Positions 16,786 to 26,698 of a stretch of DNA of 45,680 nucleotides are shown piece after piece. Made by a program: the position numbers and the translations under genes. The notes beneath the pieces were generated by a model, which saw only the letters and a program-made list of their open reading frames with translations, did not search any database and had not been told where the DNA came from. Source of the DNA: Elusimicrobiota bacterium (GTDB lineage: Bacteria > Elusimicrobiota > Elusimicrobia > Elusimicrobiales > UBA9959); assembly GCA_037137395.1 (NCBI GenBank), contig JBAXKK010000010.1:1-45680 (forward strand), read 5' to 3'. How positions within the stretch are numbered: the first letter of the stretch is position 1; each line of letters starts with the position of its first letter.

Positions 16786-17856
16786 CTATTTTCCCGGCGC
16801 GGGAACCTCCGTCTGCGTCTGCGCCGTTTTGGGAAGCAGGCGCACGATATCGCTGTAAGTGGCGAAAACTAATATGCCCACAAGAAACGCGATACCCGCG
16901 TAATTAACGCAGCCCATAACCTTGGGAGTGAGCTTGCGGCGGAAAATGCCCTCCATTATAAAAAGCACCGCGTGTCCGCCGTCCAGAAGAGGTATCGGCA
17001 GGAGGTTAAAGAAGCCCACGGCCACGGAGATAAGCGCTATTAAAAAGAAGAGGTCCGGCATACCGGCATGGGCGGCTTTGCTGACTATATTCACTATACC
17101 TATAGGCCCGGAAATATCGGGCTTTGAACGGTGTTTAATGTTAGCGGCCAGCGTTGTGATGGTATATTTGGTCCAGAAGTAGCACTGATGGGCGCCCATT
17201 TTAGTCGCTTTTATAACTCCGACATATTTGTAGCTGATACCGGGTGATACGCCTATAAGGCCCTGCCCTTCCGGACCTTTTTTAGTGACGATGCTCACTT
17301 TGATCTTTTCGGCGGCGCGCTGATATTCGACACTCACCGGCGCGGCGATCTTTTTATGGATGAGATCGGCCATCTGCATCCAGTCTTTCGCGGGGACGCC
17401 GTCCACGCTGAGAACGCGGTCTCCGGCCTTAAGGCCGGCCGCTTCAGCCGGATAGCCCTGCGCGACATCGCCGATAACAGGGTCAATGGATTGAACCGGC
17501 TCGCCAACAATAAGTATTACACCCGTGAAAACGACAAAGGCCAGCAGGTAGTTCATGAAAGGTCCGGCCAGCACCACGCCCAGGCGGGTGTACCAGGGCT
17601 TGGAGAAATATTCATCGGGCTTGCCTGTCCCTTCTTCAATATTTTCTCCGGCGGGCTTCACATATCCGCCCAGCGGAACGGCGCGGATGGAATAGCGGGT
17701 GTCGCCCTTTACGCGGCCAAAGAGCTCAGGCCCGAAACCGAATGAAAACGCCTCCACTTTTATCCCGGTTAATTTGCACACCAGAAAGTGGCCGAATTCG
17801 TGTAAAAATATCACCAGCCCGAAAGTAAACAGCACAGCCGCTATGGATAGTATCAT
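16786..17856 (-). CDS. rseP: RIP metalloprotease RseP (site-2 protease with PDZ domain)
   Basis: HEFGH, FSFGFGP, PLGGYVK, AGPFMN, NLLPIPLLDGGH. ATG 17856 overlaps the dxr stop (TAATG). Confidence 0.94.
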   Translation of the reverse strand: MILSIAAVLFTFGLVIFLHEFGHFLVCKLTGIKVEAFSFGFGPELFGRVKGDTRYSIRAVPLGGYVKPAGENIEEGTGKPDEYFSKPWYTRLGVVLAGPFMNYLLAFVVFTGVILIVGEPVQSIDPVIGDVAQGYPAEAAGLKAGDRVLSVDGVPAKDWMQMADLIHKKIAAPVSVEYQRAAEKIKVSIVTKKGPEGQGLIGVSPGISYKYVGVIKATKMGAHQCYFWTKYTITTLAANIKHRSKPDISGPIGIVNIVSKAAHAGMPDLFFLIALISVAVGFFNLLPIPLLDGGHAVLFIMEGIFRRKLTPKVMGCVNYAGIAFLVGILVFATYSDIVRLLPKTAQTQTEVPAPGK

Positions 17857-19034
17857 TATTTCCTCTTTTTTTTCAGATGCGCCGCGATCTCTGCGGCCTT
17901 TGTCCTGGCCCACTGGTCCACCTCTACGGCTTCTGCCAGCGTGGGGGGCCGGCGGTCGCGGGAATGATGGAGAGACACGGTCTTTTCAACTATAACCGGA
18001 ATATCCGTAAAAAGCGCGGCTCCTTTTAAAAATCTGTCTACCGCGACTTCATTGGCGGCGTTAAGAACCGCCGGATATTCTCCGCCCAGACGGCCCGCTT
18101 CGTATGCCAGAGCGAGGCAGGGGAACCGCCTGAAATCCGGTTCGTGAAAATCCAGCGACTTAACTTTAAATAAATTCAAAGGCTTAACCAACGACTTCGC
18201 GCGCTCCGGATATGTCAGCGCGTACTGTATGGGAAGCTTCATGTCGGGCTCCGACATTTGGGCCAGCACGGACCCGTCCTTAAACTCAACAGCGGAATGC
18301 ATCACCGACTGCGGATGTATGAGAACCTGTATCTTTGAAATTGGAAGCGAGAAGAAATTTTTTATTTCTATGGCCTCAAGCCCTTTATTCATGAGCGTGG
18401 CCGAATCCACAGTGATCTTGGGGCCCATATTCCAGGTGGGATGCTTAAGCGCCTTGGCCGGAGTAACGGAGGCGAGGCTGCCTTTATGCCGGTAGAAGGC
18501 TCCGCCGGACGCCGTCAAAAAAATCCTGGAAACCGCCGCGTCATAATTTCTGTCCTTCAGCCCCTCGAGGCACTGGAAGATAGCGGAAGGCTCCGAATCC
18601 ACCGGGATGATCTTGGCCTGCCACCGGACGGCCTCGCTGATGAGCGTCTCGCCGGCCATAACCATCGGCTCTTTGTTGGCCAGGGCTATGTGCTTGGAAG
18701 CGCGTATGGAGGCGACCAGCGGCGCGAACCCGACAGACCCTGAAACGGCGTTCAGCACCAGGTCAGCCTCCTTCAGCGATGCCAGCTCTACGAGCCCTTC
18801 CACGCCGGGGGGAAGAAGCCGCGTGCCCCGCGGGAGCGACCCCTTCAGCTCCGCGGAAGCCTTATAATCAAATACCGCCGCGTATTTCGGCCGGTAAGCG
18901 CGAACCTGGGCCATGAATGCTTCGATATTGGAATTGGCAGCCAGGCCCAGCACTTTCCAGCCGAGGTTATCGACAGCTTTCAGCGCGTTCCGGCCGATTG
19001 AGCCGGTGGAGCCCAGTATGCAGATCTTTTTCAT
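17856..19034 (-). CDS. dxr: 1-deoxy-D-xylulose 5-phosphate reductoisomerase
   Basis: LGSTGSIG, LANKE, PVDSE, LTASGG, HPTWNMGPKITVDSATLMNKGLEAIE, HPQS, PDMKLPI, NAANEVAV. Confidence 0.97.
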   Translation of the reverse strand: MKKICILGSTGSIGRNALKAVDNLGWKVLGLAANSNIEAFMAQVRAYRPKYAAVFDYKASAELKGSLPRGTRLLPPGVEGLVELASLKEADLVLNAVSGSVGFAPLVASIRASKHIALANKEPMVMAGETLISEAVRWQAKIIPVDSEPSAIFQCLEGLKDRNYDAAVSRIFLTASGGAFYRHKGSLASVTPAKALKHPTWNMGPKITVDSATLMNKGLEAIEIKNFFSLPISKIQVLIHPQSVMHSAVEFKDGSVLAQMSEPDMKLPIQYALTYPERAKSLVKPLNLFKVKSLDFHEPDFRRFPCLALAYEAGRLGGEYPAVLNAANEVAVDRFLKGAALFTDIPVIVEKTVSLHHSRDRRPPTLAEAVEVDQWARTKAAEIAAHLKKKRK

Positions 19035-19109
19035 AAGCTAAACGATTTTAATTTCAAAAGGAGCTCAGCCACTAAACCCTGTACCCTGACCCCTCTACCC
19101 TGCTATTCA

Positions 19110-19919
19110 TCATCTCGCGTATACCGTGAAGTAATAGATTATGGGGGCGAGGAAAATGTAGGAATCAAAGCGATCCAATATACCACCGTGCCCCGGCAGC
19201 AGGTTCGACGAATCCTTTACGCCGGCCGCACGCTTGATCATTGACTCAGATATATCGGAGAGCTGGCCGAATACGCCGATAAGGACGCCGGCGGTTACGG
19301 CGAAAGCTGCGCTGATGGAACAACCCATAAGCGCGCGCGCGAGCAGAGTCATCAGGATGGCGCTGACGAAGCCGGCCAGGGCGCCTTCCCAGGTTTTCTT
19401 CGGGCTGATGGTGGAAAGTTGCCGCTTGCCGAAGAAACGGCCGAAGGCGTAAGCGGCCGTGTCCATAACCCACACTGTCACGATAAGCATGAAAGTCAGG
19501 GCCTCTCCGTCGGGACGGATATTGCGCAGGGCGATAAGATGGACCATGCACCAGGAAATCATAAACAGGCCCAGGAGCGTAAAGCCTACGCGCTCCAGGT
19601 ATTTTTTCTTAGAAAAAACTTCGTAGACCAGCGCGACGATGACCGTCAGAGTAATAGCGGACCCTGCGAAATTATCCCCGCCGGACTGCGCTAGGGGGGA
19701 CTGGTCAAAAAAAAGCGCCGCGGGCAGGATGAGCCCCATCACAAAAAGGGTCGGCCCCTGAACGGGCTTGCCGCCTATCTTCATGAGGATATAATACTCG
19801 TACAACGCCAGGGCGATGATAGTAAAAACGAAAGCCGCGTAAGGCAGGCTGCCAATATGAATAAGCAGCGCGACAATAGGAATTCCGATAACGGCGGTCA
19901 GGACTCTGGGTAAAAGCAT
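19110..19919 (-). CDS. cdsA: Phosphatidate cytidylyltransferase
   Basis: ISPKKTWEG, SMIKR.AGVKDSSNLLPGHGGILDRFDS. Start moved to ATG 19919, just after uppS. Confidence 0.95.
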   Translation of the reverse strand: MLLPRVLTAVIGIPIVALLIHIGSLPYAAFVFTIIALALYEYYILMKIGGKPVQGPTLFVMGLILPAALFFDQSPLAQSGGDNFAGSAITLTVIVALVYEVFSKKKYLERVGFTLLGLFMISWCMVHLIALRNIRPDGEALTFMLIVTVWVMDTAAYAFGRFFGKRQLSTISPKKTWEGALAGFVSAILMTLLARALMGCSISAAFAVTAGVLIGVFGQLSDISESMIKRAAGVKDSSNLLPGHGGILDRFDSYIFLAPIIYYFTVYAR

Positions 19920-19921
19920 GA

Positions 19922-20629
19922 TTAAGCTCCTCTTCGTCTGTCCCTGGCCTGGTAGTCCAGGATGGCTTCCACAAATTCTTTCTCCCGAAAGTCGGGCCAG
20001 AGAGTATCCGTTATATAAAATTCGGAATAGGCCGTCTGCCACAACAGGAAATTTGAAATGCGCGTCTCGCCCGAAGTCCGGATCAGCAGGTCCGGGTCCG
20101 GAAGCGGCCAGGTGTAAAGAGCGCGCGCGAAAGAATTCTCGTCAATTGTTTTTACCCCGCGCTCTATCAGGGAATTTACGGCGTCCAGAATTTCCTGTCG
20201 GCCGCCGTAATTAAGAGCGATGTTAAGGACCATACCGGTATTATTCTTAAGTTTGTCTACCGTCTCAAGCACGGTTTTTTGGGCGGAGGCTGGCATTCCG
20301 GCCAGCCGTCCGCTTACCATCAGCCGCACGTTGTTGGCGCCCAGATCCCGCCCGTATTCGGCTATTGTTTTTTTCAGGAGAAGCATCAGCGCGCCGACCT
20401 CAACTCTTCCGCGGCTCCAGTTCTCGGTGGAGAAAGCGTAAATAGTTAAAGCTTTGACGCCGATGATGCTGGCGATCTTGACCACCTCACGAACCGATTC
20501 AACTCCCTTGGCGTGACCCACGGCGGCCGGCAGGCCCCTGGCCTTGGCCCATCGCCTATTGCCGTCCATAATCACGGCGACATGCGCCGGGATTTTGGAG
20601 CGGTCAAGTTTTTTTAAAAGTTGTTCCAT
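19922..20629 (-). CDS. uppS: Undecaprenyl diphosphate synthase (isoprenyl transferase)
   Basis: HVAVIMDGNRRWA, YAFSTENWSR, LNYGGRQEI, PDLLIRTSGE.RISNFLLWQ.AYSE. Confidence 0.97.
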   Translation of the reverse strand: MEQLLKKLDRSKIPAHVAVIMDGNRRWAKARGLPAAVGHAKGVESVREVVKIASIIGVKALTIYAFSTENWSRGRVEVGALMLLLKKTIAEYGRDLGANNVRLMVSGRLAGMPASAQKTVLETVDKLKNNTGMVLNIALNYGGRQEILDAVNSLIERGVKTIDENSFARALYTWPLPDPDLLIRTSGETRISNFLLWQTAYSEFYITDTLWPDFREKEFVEAILDYQARDRRRGA

Positions 20630-20769
20630 AAAATTGTATTAAAATGGAAATTATTTGTTTGCCATAAGCTATATACTTTAGGCTATACGCAGAGGCCTAC
20701 AAATGGACCTCCTTAAAAGCCTACGGCTTATGGCGGGCGCGGCGCCCATATGGCATAGTTTTAGCTACG

Positions 20770-21336
20770 CTAAACCGTTAACAGATCTTTTTCCTTGGCC
20801 GCCGCGGTGTCGTCTATGCTTTTCACATAGGTATCGGTCAGCTTCTGGATGGCCGCCTCGTGACGCTCGGTATCGTCCTCGGTAATCTCTTTGGCCTTTT
20901 CGGCCTTCTTCACATTCTCAATGGCCTCCCTGCGCACATTGCGCACGGAAACACGGGCGTCCTCACCCATGCTGTGAACGACTTTGACCATCTTCTTGCG
21001 CTGGTCCTCAGTCATCGCCGGCAGATTTATTCGTATAACGTCGCCGTTTCTGACAGGGGAACCGCCCAGATCCATTTTACGAAGCTCGGCCTCGATGGCG
21101 TCTATGGCGCTCTTATCCCAAGGGCGTATTTCCAGCGTCCGGCCTTCCGGAATGGATATCGCGGCCACCTGCTTAAGCGGCACGCGGGCGCCGTAATATT
21201 CCACGTAGACATTATCCAGCAGCTGGGGATTGGCGCGCCCGGTGCGCAGCGACATTAATTCCCTTTTAAATTTATCAACTTTCTCCATCATATCCATCTC
21301 AGCCTGCTCCAGCATTGAATTTATATCTTCGGCCAT
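20770..21336 (-). CDS. frr: Ribosome recycling factor
   Basis: LRTGRANP, VEYYG..VPLKQVA, IRINLPAMTE..RK, ARVSVRNVRR, IQKLTD. Confidence 0.97.
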   Translation of the reverse strand: MAEDINSMLEQAEMDMMEKVDKFKRELMSLRTGRANPQLLDNVYVEYYGARVPLKQVAAISIPEGRTLEIRPWDKSAIDAIEAELRKMDLGGSPVRNGDVIRINLPAMTEDQRKKMVKVVHSMGEDARVSVRNVRREAIENVKKAEKAKEITEDDTERHEAAIQKLTDTYVKSIDDTAAAKEKDLLTV

Positions 21337-21404
21337 ATATCAAAGGCTCCTTCTGACTGTTTTAGTATCGCCAAACAAGCAAACTACACTTAAGATTCCG
21401 CATC

Positions 21405-21420
21405 TTAATTATATTAAATT
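21405..21420 (-). promoter_or_regulatory. Putative internal sigma70 -10 element upstream of frr
   Basis: TATAAT (minus strand, 21413-21408) inside a 16-mer identical to the rpmH promoter core; -35 weak. Confidence 0.5.
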
Positions 21421-21463
21421 TATGGGGGGGTTATTGAACTTGGATCACGCTGAACATATCAGG

Positions 21464-22033
21464 TCATTCAGAGGCTATGGAATCTTCCACAAGTCCGCAG
21501 ATGATGTGGGCCGCCAGGATATGCATTTCCTGGACGCGGGCGGTATCCGCATTATCTATTACCAAGGCGAGGTCGCAAGCCGGCTTAATAGTTCCGCCGT
21601 CCCGGCCGAGCAGGCCTACGACGGTAAGCCCTGTTTCGCGGGCCTTATTTACCGCGCTAAGAACATTGGGACTTGAGCCGGAAGTGGAGATAGCGATTAA
21701 AACATCGCCCCTGCGGCCGTGGGCCTCCACTTGTCGCGCGAAAATCTTGTCAAAGCTGTAATCGTTGCCGAGCGCCGTGAGGATGGATGTATCCGTGGTA
21801 AGGGCCAGCGCAGATATCGCCCGGCGTTCTTTTTTGAAGCGTCCCACCAATTCCGCCGCTATATGCTGGCTGTCCGCCGCCGACCCACCGTTGCCACAAA
21901 TAAGAACTTTGCCACCTTTCCTGGCAGCCCCGGCGACCGCGGAGGCTATCTGTCCGACAAGGCCCCACTGGGCCGTTAAAGCCCGGGCGGCGGAGATATG
22001 GCTCTCTATAGCGGAAAGGATTTTGTCTTCCAT
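21464..22033 (-). CDS. gmhA: Phosphoheptose isomerase (SIS domain)
   Basis: [56 protein letters not shown]. Confidence 0.94.
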   Translation of the reverse strand: MEDKILSAIESHISAARALTAQWGLVGQIASAVAGAARKGGKVLICGNGGSAADSQHIAAELVGRFKKERRAISALALTTDTSILTALGNDYSFDKIFARQVEAHGRRGDVLIAISTSGSSPNVLSAVNKARETGLTVVGLLGRDGGTIKPACDLALVIDNADTARVQEMHILAAHIICGLVEDSIASE

Positions 22034-22044
22034 ATTAGCAGAAA

Positions 22045-22749
22045 CTATTTAATGAGCGTACCGACGGTTTCGCCGCTAACGGCTTTTTTAATATTATTCG
22101 GCGTATGCAGATTGAAGACTAATATCGGGAGATGGTTCTCCATGCAAAGTGTCAGGGCGCTTGTATCCATAAACTTCAGGCCTTTACGGATAGCTTCCAT
22201 ATAGGTGATGCGCTTTATCATCTTGGCTTTCTTATCAAGCTTCGGATCCCCGGTATAAACGCCGTCCACCTGCGTAGCCTTAAAAATAACTTCCGCGCCG
22301 ATCTCGGCGGCGCGCAGGGCGGCGGCGGAGTCGGTCGTGAAATACGGATTGCCGGTGCCTCCGGCGAAGATGACCACCCGGCCTTTTTCAAGGTGGCGGA
22401 TGGCCCGGCGGCGGATGAAAGGTTCGGCGAGGCGGGAAATCTCTATGGCTGTCTGCACACGTGTATGTATACCCTTATGTTCCAGGGCCGACTGCAAAGC
22501 CATGGCGTTTATGATCGTGGCCAGCATCCCCATGTTGTCGGAGCTGACACGGTCTATCATGCCGTGCCCGTCCTTGGCTCCTCGCCAGATATTGCCGCCG
22601 CCGATGACTACAGCAAGCTGTATCTCCGGACGCCAGGCCTTCCTTATTTCCTCCGCGATGAAGTTGAGGGCAGTCGGACTGATTGAACGCCCGTCTCCAT
22701 TCTTAGCGAGCGCTTCTCCGGATACTTTAAGCAGGACTCTTTTATACAT
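22045..22749 (-). CDS. pyrH: Uridylate kinase
   Basis: [53 protein letters not shown]. Confidence 0.97.
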   Translation of the reverse strand: MYKRVLLKVSGEALAKNGDGRSISPTALNFIAEEIRKAWRPEIQLAVVIGGGNIWRGAKDGHGMIDRVSSDNMGMLATIINAMALQSALEHKGIHTRVQTAIEISRLAEPFIRRRAIRHLEKGRVVIFAGGTGNPYFTTDSAAALRAAEIGAEVIFKATQVDGVYTGDPKLDKKAKMIKRITYMEAIRKGLKFMDTSALTLCMENHLPILVFNLHTPNNIKKAVSGETVGTLIK

Positions 22750-22806
22750 AGGCTGGATATTAAGCTTTAAGGATTAAGTTTTCAGGTTAATCCTTAATCC
22801 TGACAG

Positions 22807-23712
22807 TTATTCCATTCCGATGATGTAGCAGTCAAATCTTTTCACCTGTATATCGCCTTTAAGTTTGTCAGCGTGACTCTTAACCACCTGCGCGACGGAG
22901 AGCTTGCTCTCGCGGATGGAAACCTGCTCAAGCAGGCAGGCTTCCTGGAAGAACTTGTTGACGCGCCCGTCCAGCATTTTCGCAACGCCTTCAGGAGTTT
23001 TAGCTTTATAGGGCTTACCGGTCTCCGCGGCCAGGGCCTTGGCGTCCTCTTCATCTTTTTCCATCTTGGCGCGGTAAATTTCGCGTTCTTTCGCCACAAG
23101 TTCAGCCGGAGCGTCTTCGCGGCGCAGCCATTTGGGACTCATCGCCACGCTTTGCATGGAAATTTCTTTGGCCAGGGCCATAAGTTCGTCTTTCGCGGCA
23201 TTAATATCTCCGGCGAAAGAGAGTTCGACGACCGCGGCCTTCTTTGAATCGGAATGGATATAGTAGTTAACAACGGTGTTGGCGGCGACATGATAGGTGG
23301 TGCCACGGCGTATGACCATATTCTCTCCGGTCTTAATGGCAAGGGCCTGCAATTTTTCCTTTGCATTAGCGTTCTCGGCCGGGTTTGACATGGAGGCGTC
23401 AGTCAGCATAAGGCCGGAGAGTTCTTCAGCCAGAGCCCTGACTTCGGGGTTCTTGGCGACAAAATCTGTTTCGCAGTTTACCTCAACCATTGAGAGCGTT
23501 TTTGAGTCGGGGGAAACCTTAACGGTTACAACGCCCTCTTTCATAAGGCGGCCGGCGCGCTTGGCTAGCCCGGCAAGACCCTTCTTCCTCAGAAGCTCAA
23601 CTGCCTTGGTTAAATCTCCGGCTGATTCCGTAAGGGCGCTCTTGCAATCCATCACGCCCGCTCCGGTCTGACTCCTTAATGACATAACTTGTTCGCTGGT
23701 TATCGCGCTCAT
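22807..23712 (-). CDS. tsf: Translation elongation factor Ts
   Basis: LRSQTGAGVMDCK.AL, EVNCETDFVAKN, GENM.IRR. Confidence 0.96.
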   Translation of the reverse strand: MSAITSEQVMSLRSQTGAGVMDCKSALTESAGDLTKAVELLRKKGLAGLAKRAGRLMKEGVVTVKVSPDSKTLSMVEVNCETDFVAKNPEVRALAEELSGLMLTDASMSNPAENANAKEKLQALAIKTGENMVIRRGTTYHVAANTVVNYYIHSDSKKAAVVELSFAGDINAAKDELMALAKEISMQSVAMSPKWLRREDAPAELVAKEREIYRAKMEKDEEDAKALAAETGKPYKAKTPEGVAKMLDGRVNKFFQEACLLEQVSIRESKLSVAQVVKSHADKLKGDIQVKRFDCYIIGME

Positions 23713-23809
23713 AGGTGTAGCTCCTGTTATTTTAAATTAGAAGGTTCAAGACCCCGGGGCCGCCAGACGGGCGCCCCGGTCACTGCTCCGCGCGGAATAC
23801 GACAGGACT

Positions 23810-24625
23810 TTATTCTTCGGTCCTGGCGGGTTCGACAGCGCCTTCGGGAGCCCGCTCTTCGGAGGGGGCGTCCATCATGGCCTGCTGCTCATTCTGCTGC
23901 TCGGCTTCAGCCGGCTGCACTGCCGAGGCCTTGGCGGCTTCAGCTTCGGCGCGGCCCTCTATAATGGCGTCTGCTATGGTCGCGCAAAAAAGCCTGATAG
24001 AGCGGGCCGCATCGTCATTTCCCGGGACCGCCCAGTCAAGGGCGTCGGGATCGCAATTGGTGTCGCAAACGCCCACGACGGGGATGCGCAGCTTCTTGGC
24101 TTCGCTGAGCGCACCGGCCTCTTCAATGGGGTCTACAATGAACATGATCTGGGGGAGAGCCTTCATCTCGCGGATACCGGACATAAGCTTCACGAGGCGG
24201 TTTTTTTCCTTGGTCAGACGCGAAACTTCTTTCTTGGACATGACGCGGAAAAGGCCGTCGCTCTCAAGCCTCTCCAACTCGTCAAGCCGCTTAAGGGATT
24301 TCTTTATGGTTTCGAAATTGGTCAGCGTGCCGCCCAGCCATTTCTCATAAACGCAGGGAACGTTCGCCCTCAGGGCCTCTTCCCGTATAATATCCTTGGC
24401 CTGCTTCTTGGTGCCGACAAAAAGAAATTTTTTGCCTTCCTTGGCGGAATCTTTCACGAAAGCGTAGGTTTTTTTGAGTTCCTTGACGGTTTTCTGAAGG
24501 TCAAGTATATGAATGCCGTTCCTCTCGCCGAAAATGAAACGGGCCATTTTGGGGTTCCATCTGTAAGTCTGGTGACCGAAGTGCACGCCGGCTTCCAACA
24601 TCGTCTTCATTGATATGTTTAACAT
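23810..24625 (-). CDS. rpsB: 30S ribosomal protein S2
   Basis: [51 protein letters not shown]. Confidence 0.98.
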   Translation of the reverse strand: MLNISMKTMLEAGVHFGHQTYRWNPKMARFIFGERNGIHILDLQKTVKELKKTYAFVKDSAKEGKKFLFVGTKKQAKDIIREEALRANVPCVYEKWLGGTLTNFETIKKSLKRLDELERLESDGLFRVMSKKEVSRLTKEKNRLVKLMSGIREMKALPQIMFIVDPIEEAGALSEAKKLRIPVVGVCDTNCDPDALDWAVPGNDDAARSIRLFCATIADAIIEGRAEAEAAKASAVQPAEAEQQNEQQAMMDAPSEERAPEGAVEPARTEE

Positions 24626-24694
24626 TAGTTTTTCATCCTTTTGTATCTATCGTTTCTTTTCCCGCCCTCTGGGAGCAGGATTTCGTTAGTTATC

Positions 24695-24723
24695 ATAATA
24701 TCATATGGCGGATTTTTTTTCAA
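24695..24723 (-). promoter_or_regulatory. Sigma70 promoter of the rpsB-tsf operon
   Basis: TTGAAA-17 bp-TATTAT with TG extension on the minus strand. Confidence 0.65.
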
Positions 24724-24772
24724 TCTTCATTTTTCGGAGCGCAGTGGATGCATACCCCCATTACACGCGCTT

Positions 24773-24801
24773 TTTACATCCGTGCCGATATTTTCTATAC
24801 T
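24773..24801 (+). promoter_or_regulatory. Putative sigma70 promoter of nadE
   Basis: TTTACA-17 bp-TATACT. Confidence 0.6.
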
Positions 24802-24878
24802 TACCTTTAACCTGAATCCTGCATTTCAAGACAGATTTCATTTAGGAAATCGAGGAACAGAATTATTCTGCAGGATTC

Positions 24879-24987
24879 CCCGCACAGCGGGCTGAGAGCC
24901 CAGCGCTATGCGCGCCCGGCCCGAAGAGGTGTATGCCTCCCGAATGGGCACCCGCTATGCGGGCGGAAAGCTGCAATTGCAACTTTC
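24879..24987 (+). other. Multi-branched structured element in the putative nadE 5' leader
   Basis: Outer stem CCCGCACAGCGGG (24879-24891)/CCCGCTATGCGGG (24951-24963), internal hairpins, then a GAAAGCTG..CAACTTTC hairpin. Confidence 0.5.
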
Positions 24988-25010
24988 AGGTCAAGAGAGA
25001 GCCGCGCATT

Positions 25011-26657
25011 ATGAAAATAGCTATAGCCCAGATAAATCCAAAAGTAGGCGATATCGCCGCCAACACGATAAAGATAGCAGCCTTTGCCAGAAAGGCCGAA
25101 AGTCTGGGCGCCGACATTGTCGTATTCCCGGAACTGGCGCTTACCGGCTATCCGCCTCTCGACCTGCTGGAAAAAAAGGATTTTATACTGGAAAACCTGG
25201 CCGCCCTCAAAAGCCTCGCGTCGCTGCGGCTTAAAACCGCGCTGGCCGTGGGCTTCGTGGATTTTAACCCGGCCAAGAATGGCAAGGAACTCCGAAATTC
25301 CATAGCGTTCATCAGCGGGGGGAAAGTGCTGCAAAAAAGGTCCAAATCCCTGCTCCCGACCTACGACATATTCGACGAGGCCCGATACTTCGAACCGGCA
25401 ACCGCCAATCAGCCTTTCAGATTCCGTGGCGAACTCATCGGCCTCACTGTATGCGAGGATATCTGGGCGGAAACCGCCCTGCTGCCGAAGCGCCTGCTGT
25501 ACCGTAACAATCCCGTGAAAACGCTGCGCGCTCTAAAAACCTCCATAATTATTAATATCTCCGCCTCGCCCTATTACCGCGGAAAAAACGCCCGCCGGCT
25601 GACCATCCTGTCCGGGCTCGCCAAAAAAATGCGGGCTCACATTATCTACGCCAACCAGGTCGGAGCCAACGACGAACTTATTTTCGACGGCAACAGCTTC
25701 TTACTTGCCCCATCGGGACGCGTGCTCGCGGCTGCCGGCGCTTTTAAAGAAGATCTGCTGATCGCTGACACTTGTGCCGCGCCGGACGCCTCCGCGCCGC
25801 GGCCGGACGAAAGCGCTGACGAGATACTTTCAGCGCTGACTCTTGGCATCAGAGATTATTTCCAAAAGCTCGGCTTTAAAAAAGCGGTGCTGGGTATCAG
25901 CGGCGGCATAGATTCCGCGGTGGTTGCCGTGCTGGCGGCGAGGGCGCTGGGCCCGGAGAATGTGACCGGCGTGCTCATGCCCTCCGTCTATACCGCCAAG
26001 CGGAGCGTCTCCGACGCCCTGTCTTTAGCCGCCAACCTGGGCATAAAGACGCGGACGCTGCCTATAAAGGATATTTACTCCAAATTTCTTAAGACGCTCA
26101 AGGCCGGCGAGCCCAGCGGTGAAGTCAGCCTGACGATGCAAAACCTGCAGGCCAGGATACGCGGAACTATTTTAATGGCTCTGGCGAACAGCAATAATTG
26201 GCTTGCCCTTACCACCGGGAATAAATCCGAGATCGCCCTGGGCTACTGCACGCTTTACGGTGACACAGCCGGAGCAATAGCCCCGATTGCCGATTTATTA
26301 AAAACTGAGGTCTACAAACTGGCCTCCCGCATGAACAGGGACGGAGAGATAATTCCGCGCGCGATAATAAAAAGGCCTCCGACCGCGGAACTCAAGCCCG
26401 GCCAAAAAGATCAGGACGACCTGCCGCCCTACGCGACGCTGGACGCCGTCATCCGCCTCTACATGGAAGAAAACCGGACCCCGCTGGAGATAATAAAGAA
26501 GGGCTACAAGCCGGAACTGGTGCTTTCGATACTGCGCAGGATAGAAGCCAACGAATACAAGCGCAAGCAGCTGCCTATCGGCCTGAAAGTGACGGAGAAA
26601 TCTTTCGGCTACGGCAGGAAGATGCCTATAGTGAAGGCGATGGGATTTATAAAATAG
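25011..26657 (+). CDS. nadE: Glutamine-dependent NAD+ synthetase
   Basis: MKIAIAQIN..VGD, FPELALTGYPP.DL, LPTYDIFDEARYF, VCEDIW, GISGGIDS, NLQARIRG, TGNKSE, PPTAELKPGQKD, EYKR.Q. Start moved to ATG 25011. Confidence 0.96.
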   Translation: MKIAIAQINPKVGDIAANTIKIAAFARKAESLGADIVVFPELALTGYPPLDLLEKKDFILENLAALKSLASLRLKTALAVGFVDFNPAKNGKELRNSIAFISGGKVLQKRSKSLLPTYDIFDEARYFEPATANQPFRFRGELIGLTVCEDIWAETALLPKRLLYRNNPVKTLRALKTSIIINISASPYYRGKNARRLTILSGLAKKMRAHIIYANQVGANDELIFDGNSFLLAPSGRVLAAAGAFKEDLLIADTCAAPDASAPRPDESADEILSALTLGIRDYFQKLGFKKAVLGISGGIDSAVVAVLAARALGPENVTGVLMPSVYTAKRSVSDALSLAANLGIKTRTLPIKDIYSKFLKTLKAGEPSGEVSLTMQNLQARIRGTILMALANSNNWLALTTGNKSEIALGYCTLYGDTAGAIAPIADLLKTEVYKLASRMNRDGEIIPRAIIKRPPTAELKPGQKDQDDLPPYATLDAVIRLYMEENRTPLEIIKKGYKPELVLSILRRIEANEYKRKQLPIGLKVTEKSFGYGRKMPIVKAMGFIK

Positions 26658-26698
26658 ACATTGAAAGGGCAGCGGAACAGTCCTGCCCGTAACACACC

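Noticed and set aside
21424..21430. G7 tract near the frr promoter as a phase-variation switch
   Set aside because: The tract is short and precedes essential genes; there is no evidence of length variation.
23741..23782. tRNA-like 3' end (GGTTCAAGACC...CGCCA) between rpsB and tsf
   Set aside because: The T-stem does not pair and the spacing to CCA is wrong; it is better explained as a GC-rich hairpin (possible attenuator or REP-like).
24879..24963. tRNA call for the cloverleaf-like structure
   Set aside because: No TTCRA T-loop, D-loop GG or 7-nt anticodon loop geometry.
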